In this document: positions 1 to 13,400 of the stretch, piece by piece | How the letters are laid out: the number at the start of each line of letters is the position of its first letter | How positions within the stretch are numbered: position 1 is the first letter of the stretch | From: Welwitschia mirabilis | Lineage: Eukaryota | Length of the DNA: 64,000 nt | Direction of reading: 5' to 3' | Assembly (NCBI GenBank): GCA_051453625.1 | Contig: JBOZIK010000001.1 | Coordinates: 21,488,386 to 21,552,385 of the forward strand | Notes under the pieces: model-generated | Databases searched by the model: none | The model's input: only the letters and a program-made list of their open reading frames with translations | Told to the model about the DNA's origin: nothing | Program-made: the position numbers and the translations under genes

Positions 1-788
1 ATCAAGGCCATCTAGAGGGTTGTAAAACAAGGGTATAAATTAAATATATTTAATATTTAATACTTGGTTTAACTTGAGTTTAAAGCCCTTACACAGGAAA
101 ATGTGAAACATCAATAATAATCATAAAAGAAATTCCATGACAACATTTTGGGGTATTACACATTCTCTCTTAGATCTTCATTGCCACATTCTTCATTCAT
201 ACTCATGATAACAACAACATCAAGGAGCTTAAATCTACATTAAAGCAATATCTTTAGGCTTGTTATTGTGTTGTATCTTTGGTTTTACATTATAGACTAT
301 TCTATTATTGAATATTATTATAAATTCTATTATTATATATCAAATACTTTGTAAGGCAATCCTTGTAGAAGTGTGCATTTGATATTCTACTTGTAGGTAC
401 TTGTTTGATGTAAGGATATTTATTAGCTAGAAGACCATTATTTCCTTGTGAGAAAGAGAGATCTTCTTTATGAGGAAATTCTTAGTACTGTAAAGGTTTA
501 TGGTATGCTTGTGAAAAATGCTATTCTCTTGAGGAGGAAAAAGTATTATCCTACAAGAATACTTTCATTTATTATAAGGTTGGTGGTGCCCTAGAAAACC
601 ACTATTTTTTGCAGGTTAATAATATTCAAAGATGTGAGTAGAAGCTACCTTATGTATGTGAATGTATCTAAGTTATGGACCACACTATTTGATAATGTAT
701 TTTATTATGCATTTCCATTCTATTATAAGTTTAAATTTTATTTAATAAAACTCATTCAGCCCTCCCCTCTAAGTTCAATAAATCCTTA
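1..788 (+). repeat. 5' LTR of element A (partial)
   Basis: Colinear with about 6660-7425 and immediately followed by a degenerate tRNA-Met PBS. Confidence 0.85.
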
Positions 789-840
789 ACTGGTACTAAA
801 GTGGGTACTAATGAAAAAGAGTAACTTCTTTAAGTGGACA

Positions 841-2550
841 ATGGAAGTGATGCCATCCATTAGACTTCTACTCTTTAATGGAATAAACTATGCCTATTAA
901 AAGATAAGGATGTGGGTATACTTATAGTATTTTAAGTTTTAGATATGGTAGAGCATAGGAAAAGGATACTCAAGTTCTATGAAGAATGCTAAAAATGCTA
1001 TAGATAATACCCTTTCTTAGATCAAGAAAATAAAAAACTAGATAGAAGAAGAAAAAGTCACTTTCATGTATAATTCTAAAGCTAAGAGTACACTTTATTT
1101 CACTTTATCTATAGAAAATTTCAATGGAATTATAGGTTACAAGATGACACCAAAAATTTGGAATGTTCTAGTTGAAACATATGAAAGCACATCTATTGTG
1201 AAATAATCTAAGCTTCTAGTTTGGATAAATCAATTTGAGAATCTCAAAATGAACCATGGAGAAAGTGTTTATAACAAAGTTTTAAACGTTATGAACATGA
1301 TACATAACATTGGAGAAGATCTTTCAGAAGCAAAGTTAATTCAAAAGATTATTAGGTTACTAACCCATACTTCTAGGTTAAAGACCATAGTTATGAAAGA
1401 ATCTATAGATTTCAATAGAATGAAAATAGAAGAGCTACAAAGTGCTCTTACAATGTACAATATAAATCTCATTGAAGATAAATCTTTGAAATAAAAACCT
1501 ATACTTAAGGCAAGCCAAACCATGAATCAAAAATTAAATGAAAAGGTAAAAAAGGAATAGGAATAATATAACTCTAATGATGAAAATGAGAAACTTGCTT
1601 TCATTACAAAAATAGTTAAGATAATTGTAGCTCATAAATAAATCAAAAGTAAGAACTTCAAAAAACCACCTAGTTTTCCAATCAAAGGTAAGTTAAAAGG
1701 TAAGTCTTCTAATAATACTTCTTTTTCTGATATTTCAAAAATAAAATGTTAGATATGTAAGGGGCGATGACATATAGCCTTGAAATGCCTAGTATTGACA
1801 GCTTGAAGGATAAAGAGAAAAATAAATAGAAATCATTCTTTATAGGATGGAATGGTGATAAAGAGGTAATAGAAGAAGAAACATTTGATCCTAAGAAAGC
1901 ATAGCCTTCATACATGGCCATTGCACATCCTCAAAAAGAATATGATGAAACTAAAGAAAAGTATGATTTAGAGACTGAAGATGATTCAAGTATGAGTATT
2001 AAAGAAAAATATATTGTAATTTCTAAAGATATTATTAATCTACAAAAATTATTCACTAAAATAAAAAAGCTACTTCATACTCGTGAAGAAGCATTAGAAT
2101 AAGAAAAAAAATTCTTGCAAAGATTTATCCTCTAAAAACTCAGCTCTTAAAGCTAAGGTTGGTAGTCTAATGTGTGAATTGGAGAATGTTAGACAAGAGA
2201 TTTCATATTCAAAGAAAATTATTAAAAGATTTACAAAGGTAAAGAGGCTTTAAATATCATTCTTAGACAAAGCAAAAATCTAAATGACAAGAGTAGCTTG
2301 GGATACAATATAATCACAATTGGTACTTCAGCTTCTTTATATAACAAATGGAACTACAAGTTAAGGTATGAACATTTGGCATTTATGCATAATATTTTTT
2401 TCTATTATTATCATAATAAAGGTCATTATCAATATAAATATCCCATGAAGTACAAAAACAGGTATTGTACTAACAAGACCAAAAGGCCTACTAGAATCAT
2501 ATAGCATTTGTACAGCCTGAACTAAGAAAAGTTTGGATATTAAAAATAAA
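841..2550 (+). pseudogene. gag: Decayed Copia gag (UBN2-type) with zinc-knuckle remnants
   Basis: Translates as MEVMPSIRLLLFNGINYAY*KIRM..., with ORF 1249-1494 (GESV..KV..IGEDLSEAKLIQKIIRLL..IEELQSAL) and a YYYHNKGHYQYKYP knuckle remnant. Many stops. Confidence 0.85.
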
Positions 2551-3528
2551 ATTAGTACTTCCAATACAAATAGTCTCATAAAGTAATTTAAATGTATTGA
2601 AATATTTTTTTAAGAAAAATTAGAGAAATAAAGAATAGGCATGAAAACAAGAAGGACTCAATAAATCACAAAAGACAAATAAAGATGATAATACTAGATA
2701 TTATTAATCTACTTGATGACAAAACCTCAAAATCACAAGGCAAGGAAAGATATAGAAATCTATGTAGGAACTTAGAGATTGGGCATTGCCCAATAAAGTA
2801 AGTAAAAAGGTAATATTCTTTAATTTCTTAACTCCACATTATATTTATCTTATGAGTTGAGATTACAATTAGATGTAGTTGCTATAGTTAAAGTACAATT
2901 ATGTGTGATTTATATTTTTTTTGAAGTATTATTATGTTTGTAATCATCATAGATCTTGTTGAAGAAAATCTGAAACTTTTATAGCATTTTTTTAGTTTTT
3001 TATACATCTCTAATGAAGATGCTTAAGATTTGCAAATGTTTTGAATTAGACATCTTGAGTTTGGCAGACATCTTGAAAGGACATATATGTTATTTTAAAT
3101 TTTTGAATTGAATGTCTTGAGTTCTGTAAACATCTTGAAATCAAAAAAATATATTAAAATTTTTTTAATAGGTAATATCTTCAGTTTTATAGATGTCTAC
3201 TTTTTGTATTTTAGATGTTTTTTAGCTTATAGATGTCTTGACAGTACTATTGTAAAAATAAAAATACACTAAAATCTAGGGTTTTAACCCTTTTTAATAA
3301 GAAAAAAAGGACCATCAAATCTTATTTTCAAGTCCCCACTTAACATGTGCCTCTCTTAGTTGATTTTCTAGGCTTCATTTTCTTAGATTTCTTTTGCAAG
3401 ACATATTAAATTCTTGAGACATCTTAACAGCATGTAAGAATAGGGTTTTCTCTTGAAATAGGTGTTTTTTTTCATATTTCTCACATTTTAATTATTCCTT
3501 TGTTATTTATTCAATCTATTTAGCAAAA

Positions 3529-5200
3529 GTGGCTAAATTAAAGGTAACAAAAATCTCTAGAGAAAAGGAACAATTCTTAAACATCACAGATCTCAATATT
3601 AACCATAATTCTATCATGAGGTAGTAGAAATAAGGTTTATAACATAGTTCAGAAACTCTATTATTGTAGAGAGAACTCTTAGTTTTTATAAGAATCATAA
3701 AGACCAACTAATGAGTTACTTCATTTATCTTGGTTGGCAGATGATTATGTAACTAGTTCAACCCATTCCAAATCCAGTGGTGAGAGAGTTCTATGCTAAT
3801 GTTCATAAGATTAACAATAGAATGGATTCCTTCCAAACATAGATTAGAGGTACTGATTTGCACATTATTCCAAGTTTTGTAAATTATTTACTTGGTATAG
3901 ATGATACAAATATTTCAAAAATTTACTCTTATTCCTTTAAAGAAATATTCAATTATAGAGTTGTCATTGAATCTTGACATGGTATGAGAAATGTTCTTTT
4001 TTGGGCATATTAGAATGAACTTTGTTGAGAACATTGAGAGAAAGGATATGGTACTAGATTCTTCAATCCTTAGTTTGATAACCTTTTACAACATTTTATT
4101 TAGAGGAGGCTGCTATAGTTATTACAAATCCATGCAAACTTTCATTGCATATTGTTTACTCACTAGGTTATAGATATATTTTCGTTTTGTTCTATGCAAG
4201 GATATTATCTCGTTGTTGTGTAAAGGGTATACTTTTGGTTTCCTTTGTCTTATAGCTTGATTATTAGTAGTGCAGACATTTTAGTATCATAGGTTAAACT
4301 TATCCATTAAAAGAAACCATTGCAGAATTCAGTAAACAATGAAGAGTACCAATGCCACTAGGTAAGGGCATAGGCAAGAGGATACTTAATATCAGCATTT
4401 ATTTTCTATTGCTACTCATAAATCTTTGTTAGTAAAAAAGGAATTAAAGATCATCATAAAGATGATGGTTAAAATTGGAAGAAACCTTTTAAGATTTAAG
4501 AAACATAGATCTATAGTAAGTAAAGGTAAGATACCAGTAGAGAGTTGGGAATTCATAAGAACTTTCACATGGTTACGCTTACAGGAGGATTTAAAAGAAG
4601 AGGAATCAAGACCTTTAGTTTTATTCAACATAGGTTATAAATTAGATAGGATAGCAAATATTGAATCCTCAGAGGAGTCTTTTAAGGATGAGGCATGGGC
4701 TTAGGGAAAGTACCAAACTTAGCATAAAGGCACATGTGTCAGGTTCTTCATAACAGAGACTGATGCAATAGAAGATAAAGTCTAAGATCTCAAATGTAAT
4801 ACCTCTTATCTTTCATTTTTCTTATCACAAGATTTCATTTTGTCATCCACTATCATCATCACATGTACCTTCTCCACCTATAGTGCATCTACCATTACCA
4901 CCACCTTCTCATATAGAACTAATTCAAGTAGAACCTCTTTCATCTATGTAGTTATAACTATTCTTTACAGAGAATGCAATTACTTATTTCTTTAGGACCT
5001 CCATCACTTTTCAAATGTATAAACTTATGAGGAGACATGCCTTTGAAGGCCTTAGTAAAACATCATAGTGTTCCTCTAGGAAAAGGCACAATCTATTCTC
5101 CACTTCCTCATCATCATATATCCAACGAACCTTTGTCACCCATGAAAGTGATGATAATGATGATGAAGGATAAGGTGAGCACTACATTATTGATTCAGCT
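3529..5200 (+). pseudogene. Decayed env-like/extra ORF of element A
   Basis: PNPVVREFYANVH motif at about 3768-3808, typical of the plant-transposon-protein domain in SIRE env-like ORFs; Pro/Ser-rich C-terminus; homologous to the minus-strand copy in element C. Confidence 0.65.
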
Positions 5201-5962
5201 CTTAGTGTCTTTTTCTGATGTCCAAAAAGGGGGATAAATGTTAGTAAATCATTGAGAGATTAGTTACTTTTCAGTTTGATAATATAGCTTCAGTTTGAGA
5301 ACACTTTGTTAGGCTTGGAGTTCTTTATTTTGAGATCTTAAATTTTATGCATGAGTGTTATCAATGTTATTGATGATCCCTCTTTGATATTTTGGCACAC
5401 ATTCTTATTATCTGATATTTTCTATCATTAATTCTTATTATCACATGTTTTTATAATTGGCACACTATTTTTTTAATAATATGCTTTTGTTCATACATTT
5501 ATAATGTGTTCTACTTGGATCATTTATTGATTAAAATGCTTTTGTACATTTTCTATACAATTTTGCTTTGATGCTTATTGACTATCTTTTTCATGAGTAC
5601 ATTCTTTATGGAGTCGTATTAGCACATAATTCATTTTCATATACTAATATAAGACACATTACTATTAGTATATTTCAACTAAGATATTATCAAACATTTA
5701 TGTTATCTTTTACACATATGTGAATGGAAAGTATAATGATTTATCATTTATTTTTTTTGCATTTAGTAAGTTGCTTAAATGTTTCTTAGATATCTCTTAT
5801 TTTGGTTCTTTGAGTGGTATATATCTATGTGTTTTATCTATTTCAAGTGGCTTATATTATAATTATTACAACTAGTAATTATGTGCATTTTATTTGGAAT
5901 ATATATGTCTAATTTTAATTAATTAGATGAGATTGCACTGATAGAATTTGACAAGGTGATAT

Positions 5963-7425
5963 TGTTGGTAAATCTGATTTTGATTATTTCACTTGTCAAA
6001 TACTTTATATCATTGTGTAGATAGATCATTATAAGAACATTAGATCTTGATAGGCACTAGATCATGATGAATCTTCAGAGATAACATCTCATGAAAAGGA
6101 TTAGATGTTAAATAGAGAAATCAATTATTTGAAGACCTCTATAAAATTAAATATGTCTCAAGTAAAGATATCTAGAAATCTAAAGACATCTTCCATGCAT
6201 TAGAATATAAGTGACAGACTAAAACATGACTATTAGATTTAAGATAACTAAGGCAAAAGTTGAACCTAACATAGATAAAGATGTCTATGTAACTAAAGAT
6301 GTCTATACTAAATCAAAACAAATAATAAAGTTAAATTAATTTTTAACTAATATCTTAGGTTTTAAATGAGCCATCAACTTTTACATTATGGATTAATGAT
6401 TAGATAGGACCTAGGATACTACAAAGCAAATTTAATAAAAATCTAGGTAAGTTAATTAAAGATATCTATAAGATGAATATGTCTAACTATTACATAGATG
6501 TCTATAAAAGTGAATACACCTTAAATCAAAGTTTATATCAATCAAAATCCAAGTTATATGTTTAACACCTATATCTTTTTTATCTATTATATGGTAATTA
6601 CAAAGTTAAACAGCTATCTTTTAAGCTTAAACGACTAGATGTTTTTCAACTGTATAAAGCATTGATGTTAGAAAATAAAGAGGAACTTTTAACACTTTAA
6701 TGATCAATCAAAAACATAGAGAATCCTTGGCTCTCAATGATCAGAATAAAAAGAAATCTTGCATGTGTGATAAGCATTTATTACTTAGAACCAAGACATC
6801 ATTGTAAAAGAGCTAGCATTGCTAACATCATTCTCTCTTAGATATTTATTACTACATTCTTCATTTATACTTGTAATAACAACAACATTAAGGAAATTAA
6901 ATCTTCATTATGGTAATGAATTTAGGCTTATTATTTTATTGTATTTTCGATTTTACATTATTTACTATCTTATTATTGAATATTATTGTAAAGTTCACTA
7001 TTGAATATTAAATACTTTGAAAGGCAATTCTTATAAGGGTGTGCATTTGATATTGTGCTTTTAGGCGCTTATTAAATGTAAGATTATTAGTGAGCCAAAA
7101 AACCATTGTTCCCTTACAAGTGAGAGAGAGAGTGTTACCTCACTATTGTAAAGGTTGATTGCATGCCTGTCAAAACCACTATTTCCTTAAGGGGAAGAGA
7201 GTGATGCCTTGCTAAGAAACATTCATTTATTATAAGGCTGGTGGTATACCGAAAAAGGACTATTTTCTTATAGGTCAAGAAAATCTAGAGGTATGAGTGA
7301 TAGACATACCTAGGTTGGGAAACCATGTTATTTAGTAAGGTGTTTTTATTTTCATTCTATTATAGGTCTAAATTTTATTTGGTGAAACTCATTCACCCCT
7401 CCCCTCTGAGTTCAATTAATCCTCA
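5963..7425 (+). repeat. 3' LTR of element A (about 1.46 kb)
   Basis: Starts TGTTGG after a degenerate PPT (CAAGGTGATAT) and ends ATCCTCA; matches 1-788. Confidence 0.85.
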
Positions 7426-7559
7426 AAATATATGCCAATACAAAAAAGTGAGAATTAATAATGATGTCACTCATAAAATTCTAATTTATCTATTTCAGGT
7501 ATACATCCTTCAAACTCATATAAGATGTTCAATAAGATTTAATCTAACTTGTCCATTTT

Positions 7560-8325
7560 CTTCTCCTTTTTGAATATAACTAAAGAAACTAGTTACTGAG
7601 AGTGAAATCATTAGGGTATTAAGTTTCATCTCCTACATAATTGCTATCATTGTCATTATCCTTAGTGGTAGAGATTTGGATGGGGTATGAAAAAGATGAT
7701 GGAGGTGGAGGCATGTGTTGCTTCCTTGATGGTTGTTGTAATAGCTTAACTTAGCCTTAAAAGACATGTCTCCTTATACACAAGTACATCTAAGGCATAA
7801 TGAAGGTGCTAAAAAATCTAACAATAACAGTCGCAATGAAACTAGAAGCTAAAGATGGAGCAGTGTTGACGAGTAGAGCATGAATGAAAAATTTGAGAGA
7901 TGATGGTAAAGATGGAAGGTGAGGTAATGAAGGTACATGAGATGATGACAAACGCTATGTCGGAAGATGAATGAATAGTTTACAATAAGGCTTGTGAAAC
8001 ATGAGGGGCTTAACATTAGAGCTCTTGGAATCCAACTCCTACTCTTCCTATGCATGTGCTAGAGTCTAGTACTCCCTCTAAATATGTGACTTCTTTTTTA
8101 TAGACTCTGACAAATTGAAATCCTTGATTCTACTTGTATCATAAGCTATAGCAAGAGGTGTGGAAGGTGTATCTACCTTATAATCTTCTTTGAATCATAC
8201 CAAGCAAGATTATTAGCCACATATTAATGTTTTTCAATATTAAAAGATTCCTTTTACTATTACCTACTATTTTTACAATTACTTTAAGACTCTTCTTTAT
8301 TGATGAGAAGTTGTGATTGACTATA
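7560..8325 (-). pseudogene. C-terminal half of the env-like ORF of element C
   Basis: Reverse complement aligns with 4390-5240 of element A (SIVNHNFSSIKKSLKVIVKIVGNSKRNLL vs SIATHKSLLVKKELKIIIKMMVKIGRNLL; ATAAGGAGACATGTCTTT vs ATGAGGAGACATGCCTTT). Confidence 0.7.
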
Positions 8326-8330
8326 GAATA

Positions 8331-9738
8331 TGAGAGCTGATTGAATTTGGAGGGAAGGAATAAATGAGTTTTACAAATAAAATTAAAACCAAATAACAAA
8401 ATGAAAATGCACAATGGAATACCTTACCAAGATAACATGGTTTTCGAACTCAAGTACATTCATACATAGAGGATAGATTCTACTTACATTCTTAAATATT
8501 CTTAACTTATAAGAAAATAGTGGTTTTCTGATGCACCATCAATCTTATAATAAGTGAAAGTCTTCTTGCAAGGCAACATTCCCTCCCTCTTAAGAGAATA
8601 ATAGTTTTCTAGCTAACTAATAACCTTAACCACAAATAAATACTTACAAGCACAACTTCAAATGCAAACCCATATAAGGGTTACCTTATAATGTATTTAT
8701 TATTCAAGAATGAACTTTATAATAACATTCAACAATGAGATAGTTCATAACGTAAAATCAAAATGCAATATAATAATAAGTTTAAATATTCTTTGATGAA
8801 GAAATTGATATTCTTGATGTTGTTATAGTTACGAGTATGAATGAAGAATATAGTAATGGGGATCCAAAACACAAATGATAATAATAGTAATAACTCCTTT
8901 GCAATGATGCCTTGATTCTTCATGAGAAAAACCTTTTACTTGTGCAAGATTTCTTTTAATCTGATCATTGAGAGTCAAGAAATCTTTGTATTTCTAATTA
9001 ATCAATGAACTATCAAAAGTTCTTTTTCAATTCATGATGTCAAGGCTTTATAACATTTAAGAAGATCTAGTTATTTAAGGTTGATAGGTAGCCTTTTGAA
9101 TCTATAACCACTATGCAACAGATAGTTAATATCTATGCTTTGAATTTATAACTTTGCTTTTAATCAATATGAACTTTGGTTTAAGAATCTTGAATTTTGT
9201 AGATGTCTTCATTCTAGACATCTTTACTTTTATAGACATCTTGAGTCAACTCTGTCTAGATTTTGATGGAATTTGCACTATAGTATACTTGGCTCTTTGT
9301 GATTATGAATCTGCTGTGTATAAGTTGATAGCTACCTAGAACATAAGATATTAGTCAAAAATCAAATTAACTCTATTACCTATTTCAGCTCAGCATAGAC
9401 ATCTTCAATCACATAAATGTCTTTATTTGTGTTAGGTTCAACTTTTAGTTTATTCATCTTAAATATGATAGACATCTTCTAACTTATTATTAAATTCCAG
9501 TACATTCAAAACGTCTTTGTATTTTTAGACATCTTTACTTAAGACATCTTCATTTTTATAGATGTCTTTAAACTATTATTTTGTCATTTTAGCATCTGAT
9601 CCTATATGTAAGATGTTTTCTTTAAAGATCCATCATGATCTAGTATCTTATCAAGGTTTGATGTTCTTATAATTATCTTTCTACATAATGACATAAAATA
9701 TATGATAAGTGGAATCATAAAAACTAGATTTTCTAACA
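8331..9738 (-). repeat. 3' LTR of element B
   Basis: Colinear with 15899-17303 (ORF-track peptides 8729-8923 and 16298-16495 are near-copies); TG...CA termini on the + strand. Confidence 0.9.
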
Positions 9739-10499
9739 ATATTCCTCTTTTTGATGATGTTCAAAACTTAGTAAATCTTATTAGTGCAATCTCATTTAAA
9801 CAATTAAAGTTATACATTTTTATTCTAGCAAAATACACATAATCACTAATTTTAATAATCATGATATCCACTACTCAAAATAAGATGAAAGCATATAGAC
9901 ATATATCACTTGAAGAACTAGAATACATAATCAACCACTTGAAAATAAAATCACATGGAATTCTCAATTAAAATATACTAATGAAAATACACTATCATCA
10001 TATAAAAGCATTTTAATCACCAAATAATCATAATTAGAATATTTCATAGTTAACAATATATCAATTATTTACCAAAACTTCAACTAAATGCCATTGTCAT
10101 CGCTACTAATTTATTAACAATTTGCTAATACTTCTTTCTATTTTTGAATAGTAAAGAAAAGAAATGTAGGTCCTAAAGCCTATTACTCCCCTTTCACATA
10201 TGCCTCTATAGGAGTCCGACACTAACTGATATTCTGTTAAAAATGTTTTATGAGTAGTACATGAAAAGACATATATAATTCTCACGACATCTGCAAACAT
10301 TGAGACGTCTATAATAATAGTTTTAGAATTTTCAAAAAGATCTACAACTGATGCAAACATAATAATAAAACCAATTTAAAAGGATAAATATCAGGCACAT
10401 AATTTAACTTTAACTACATTAAACTACTTCTAATCATAATTTCAACTCATAAGATAAATACAATGTGGAGTTGAGAAATTGAAAAACATTACCTATTCA

Positions 10500-13400
10500 C
10501 TTATCTACTTGAATAAGCTCTAATTCGCAAGTTCCTATACAAATTCACATATATTTTAGTGCCTAGATGTTTTATAAATGCATCTGTAAGTTAATCATCT
10601 GACTAATTTTTTCATTGTAATATCTCTATTTTGAACATGTCCATTGAGAAAGTGATGTCAAGTCTCAAGTGTTTGGTTATTGAGTGTTGTATGAGATTAT
10701 TTGAGATATTAATGGCACTCTTGTTATCACAATAAATACAAATGTTATTCATGAAAAGACCAAAATCTTTCAATGTTTGCTTCATTTATAAAAGTTATGC
10801 ACAACAACTCCCTACTATGATATACTCAGTTTTGGTTATAAATAAAGTAGTTGAGTTCTGTTTCTTACTACTCTAAGATATCAGCCATTATCTGAGCAAA
10901 TAACATGTTCCACTTATGATTCTTCTATCATCTTTACAACCTACCCAATCTACATCATAATACCTTATAAGATCAAGTGAGAAGTTCTTTGAGTATCAAA
11001 GGCTCTAATTAGTAGTACCTTTAAAGTAATCAAAAATTCTTTTAATAGCTGTAAACTCTGATTTTCTAGGATTACTTTGATAATGTGCATAAATTCCTAT
11101 ACATAATATAATATTAGTTCGACTAGCTATAAGATATAGTAAACTATCAATCATATCTCTGTATAGCTTTTGAGCCACTTTCTTATCATTTTTATCTTTA
11201 TTCAATTTGGTGCTCTAATTCATGGGAGTATCTTTTGCTTTACAATCCTATAAACCATATTTAACTAGTAAATTTTTAACATATTTAACTTGTGAAATAA
11301 ATGTATCTTACTTGTGTTGCATAAGTTGAATTCTCAATAAGTTGCTTATTTCTCCCATAAGACTCATTTCAACTTCATCTTTCATAGTCTTAGCAAATTT
11401 CTTACATAAAGATTCATTAGTAGCACTAAAAATAATATCATCTACATAGATTTGAATAATACTAAAATCTTTACCATCTTTTCTAAAGAATAATGTTACA
11501 TCTGATGTACATCTTTTGAATTCATTTTTAATCAAGTGACTAGAGAGTTTTTCATATCAAGATCATGAAGCCTATTTAAAATCATAAAGAGCCTTTTTCA
11601 GTTTGTATACATGATCAGAATTTTGTGAGTCAATGACCCATTTAGTTGTTCTTCATCTACTTCTTCTTGAATATTTTCGTCAAAAAAATCACTTTTAACA
11701 TTCATTTGATAAATTTTAAAATATTTCATATAAGCAAAATCTAGAAGCATTCTTATGGATTCCATATGAGACACATGAGCAAAGATTTCTTTCAAGTCAA
11801 TTCCTTCTTGTTGATTATAACCATTTGCCACTACTCTTGCTTTATTTCTAATAAAATTTTCATGTTCATCTATTTTGTTTCTGAAAACCTACTTAGTGTC
11901 AATAACTAGTCTATTAGAGGGTCTTAGAGTAAGCTCCCAAACATTGTATCTTTTAAATTGATTAAGCTCTTCTTGCATAGCAACCATCCAATGTTCATCA
12001 TTATCTGCTTGTTTGAAATTTTTANNNNNNNNNNNNNNNNNNNNNNNNNNNNNNNNNNNNNNNNNNNNNNNNNNNNNNNNNNNNNNNNNNNNNNNNNNNN
12101 NNNNNNNNNNNNNNNNNNNNNNNNNNNNNNNNNNNNNNNNNNNNNNNNNNNNNNNNNNNNNNNNNNNNNNNNNNNNNNNNNNNNNNNNNNNNNNNNNNNN
12201 NNNNNNNNNNNNNNNNNNNNNNNNNNNNNNNNNNNNNNNNNNNNNNNNNNNNNNNNNNNNNNNNNNNNNNNNNNNNNNNNNNNNNNNNNNNNNNNNNNNN
12301 NNNNNNNNNNNNNNNNNNNNNNNNNNNNNNNNNNNNNNNNNNNNNNNNNNNNNNNNNNNNNNNNNNNNNNNNNNNNNNNNNNNNNNNNNNNNNNNNNNNN
12401 NNNNNNNNNNNNNNNNNNNNNNNNNNNNNNNNNNNNNNNNNNNNNNNNNNNNNNNNNNNNNNNNNNNNNNNNNNNNNNNNNNNNNNNNNNNNNNNNNNNN
12501 NNNNNNNNNNNNNNNNNNNNNNNNNNNNNNNNNNNNNNNNNNNNNNNNNNNNNNNNNNNNNNNNNNNNNNNNNNNNNNNNNNNNNNNNNNNNNNNNNNNN
12601 NNNNNNNNNNNNNNNNNNNNNNNNNNNNNNNNNNNNNNNNNNNNNNNNNNNNNNNNNNNNNNNNNNNNNNNNNNNNNNNNNNNNNNNNNNNNNNNNNNNN
12701 NNNNNNNNNNNNNNNNNNNNNNNNNNNNNNNNNNNNNNNNNNNNNNNNNNNNAGTGACTTTTCTTTAGCCTTATTATGATTAATGGATTTTCTTTATTTG
12801 ATTCTTCTTCTTTTTCTTCATCACTATTAGATTAAACTCAAAATTGTCTAGAGTATTAAATAACTTGTACAAGAGTATATTCATCTTTCACATTAATAGG
12901 AGTTGGCTTAATATCATTTATTTTGACATTTATAATTTTCTCAACTACACAAGTTCTGTTATTATATATTATGTAAGCTTTACTAATCATAGAATATCCT
13001 AGAAAAATTCCTTCATCAATCAAATTTTCTCAAATTGTCTCTTCCATTTAGAATAAAGCATTTTAAACCAAAAATATAAAAGTATGTAATAGAAGGTTTT
13101 CTACCTAACTGTAAGTCGTAAGACATTTTAGGAGTGAATCTTCTTACCAAATCTCTATTGAAAACATAGCATACTATATTGATTACTTCTACCCAAAAAT
13201 GATATGCTACCTTTTTTCATTCATAAATTTCCTTATTATATCATTAATAATCCTATTATTTCTTTTGTCTACTCCATTTTATTGTAGTGTTGATGGAGTT
13301 AAGAATTGATGTATAATACCAAACAGTTTACTAAATTCTCTGAANNNNNNNNNNNNNNNNNNNNNNNNNNNNNNNNNNNNNNNNNNNNNNNNNNNNNNNN

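Larger units (their letters stand above)
1..7425 (+). mobile_element. Non-autonomous SIRE/Maximus-like Copia LTR retrotransposon (element A): gag plus env-like ORF, pol almost entirely deleted; 5' LTR truncated by the window edge
   Basis: 1-788 matches the 3' part of 5963-7425 (both end ...CTCATTCA(G/C)CCCTCCCCTCT(A/G)AGTTCAAT..ATCCT(T/C)A). A degenerate PBS TGGTACTAAAGT lies at 791, followed by decayed gag, an RNase H tail near 2680-2790 and an env-like region. PPT-like motifs at about 5224 and 5952. Confidence 0.85.
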
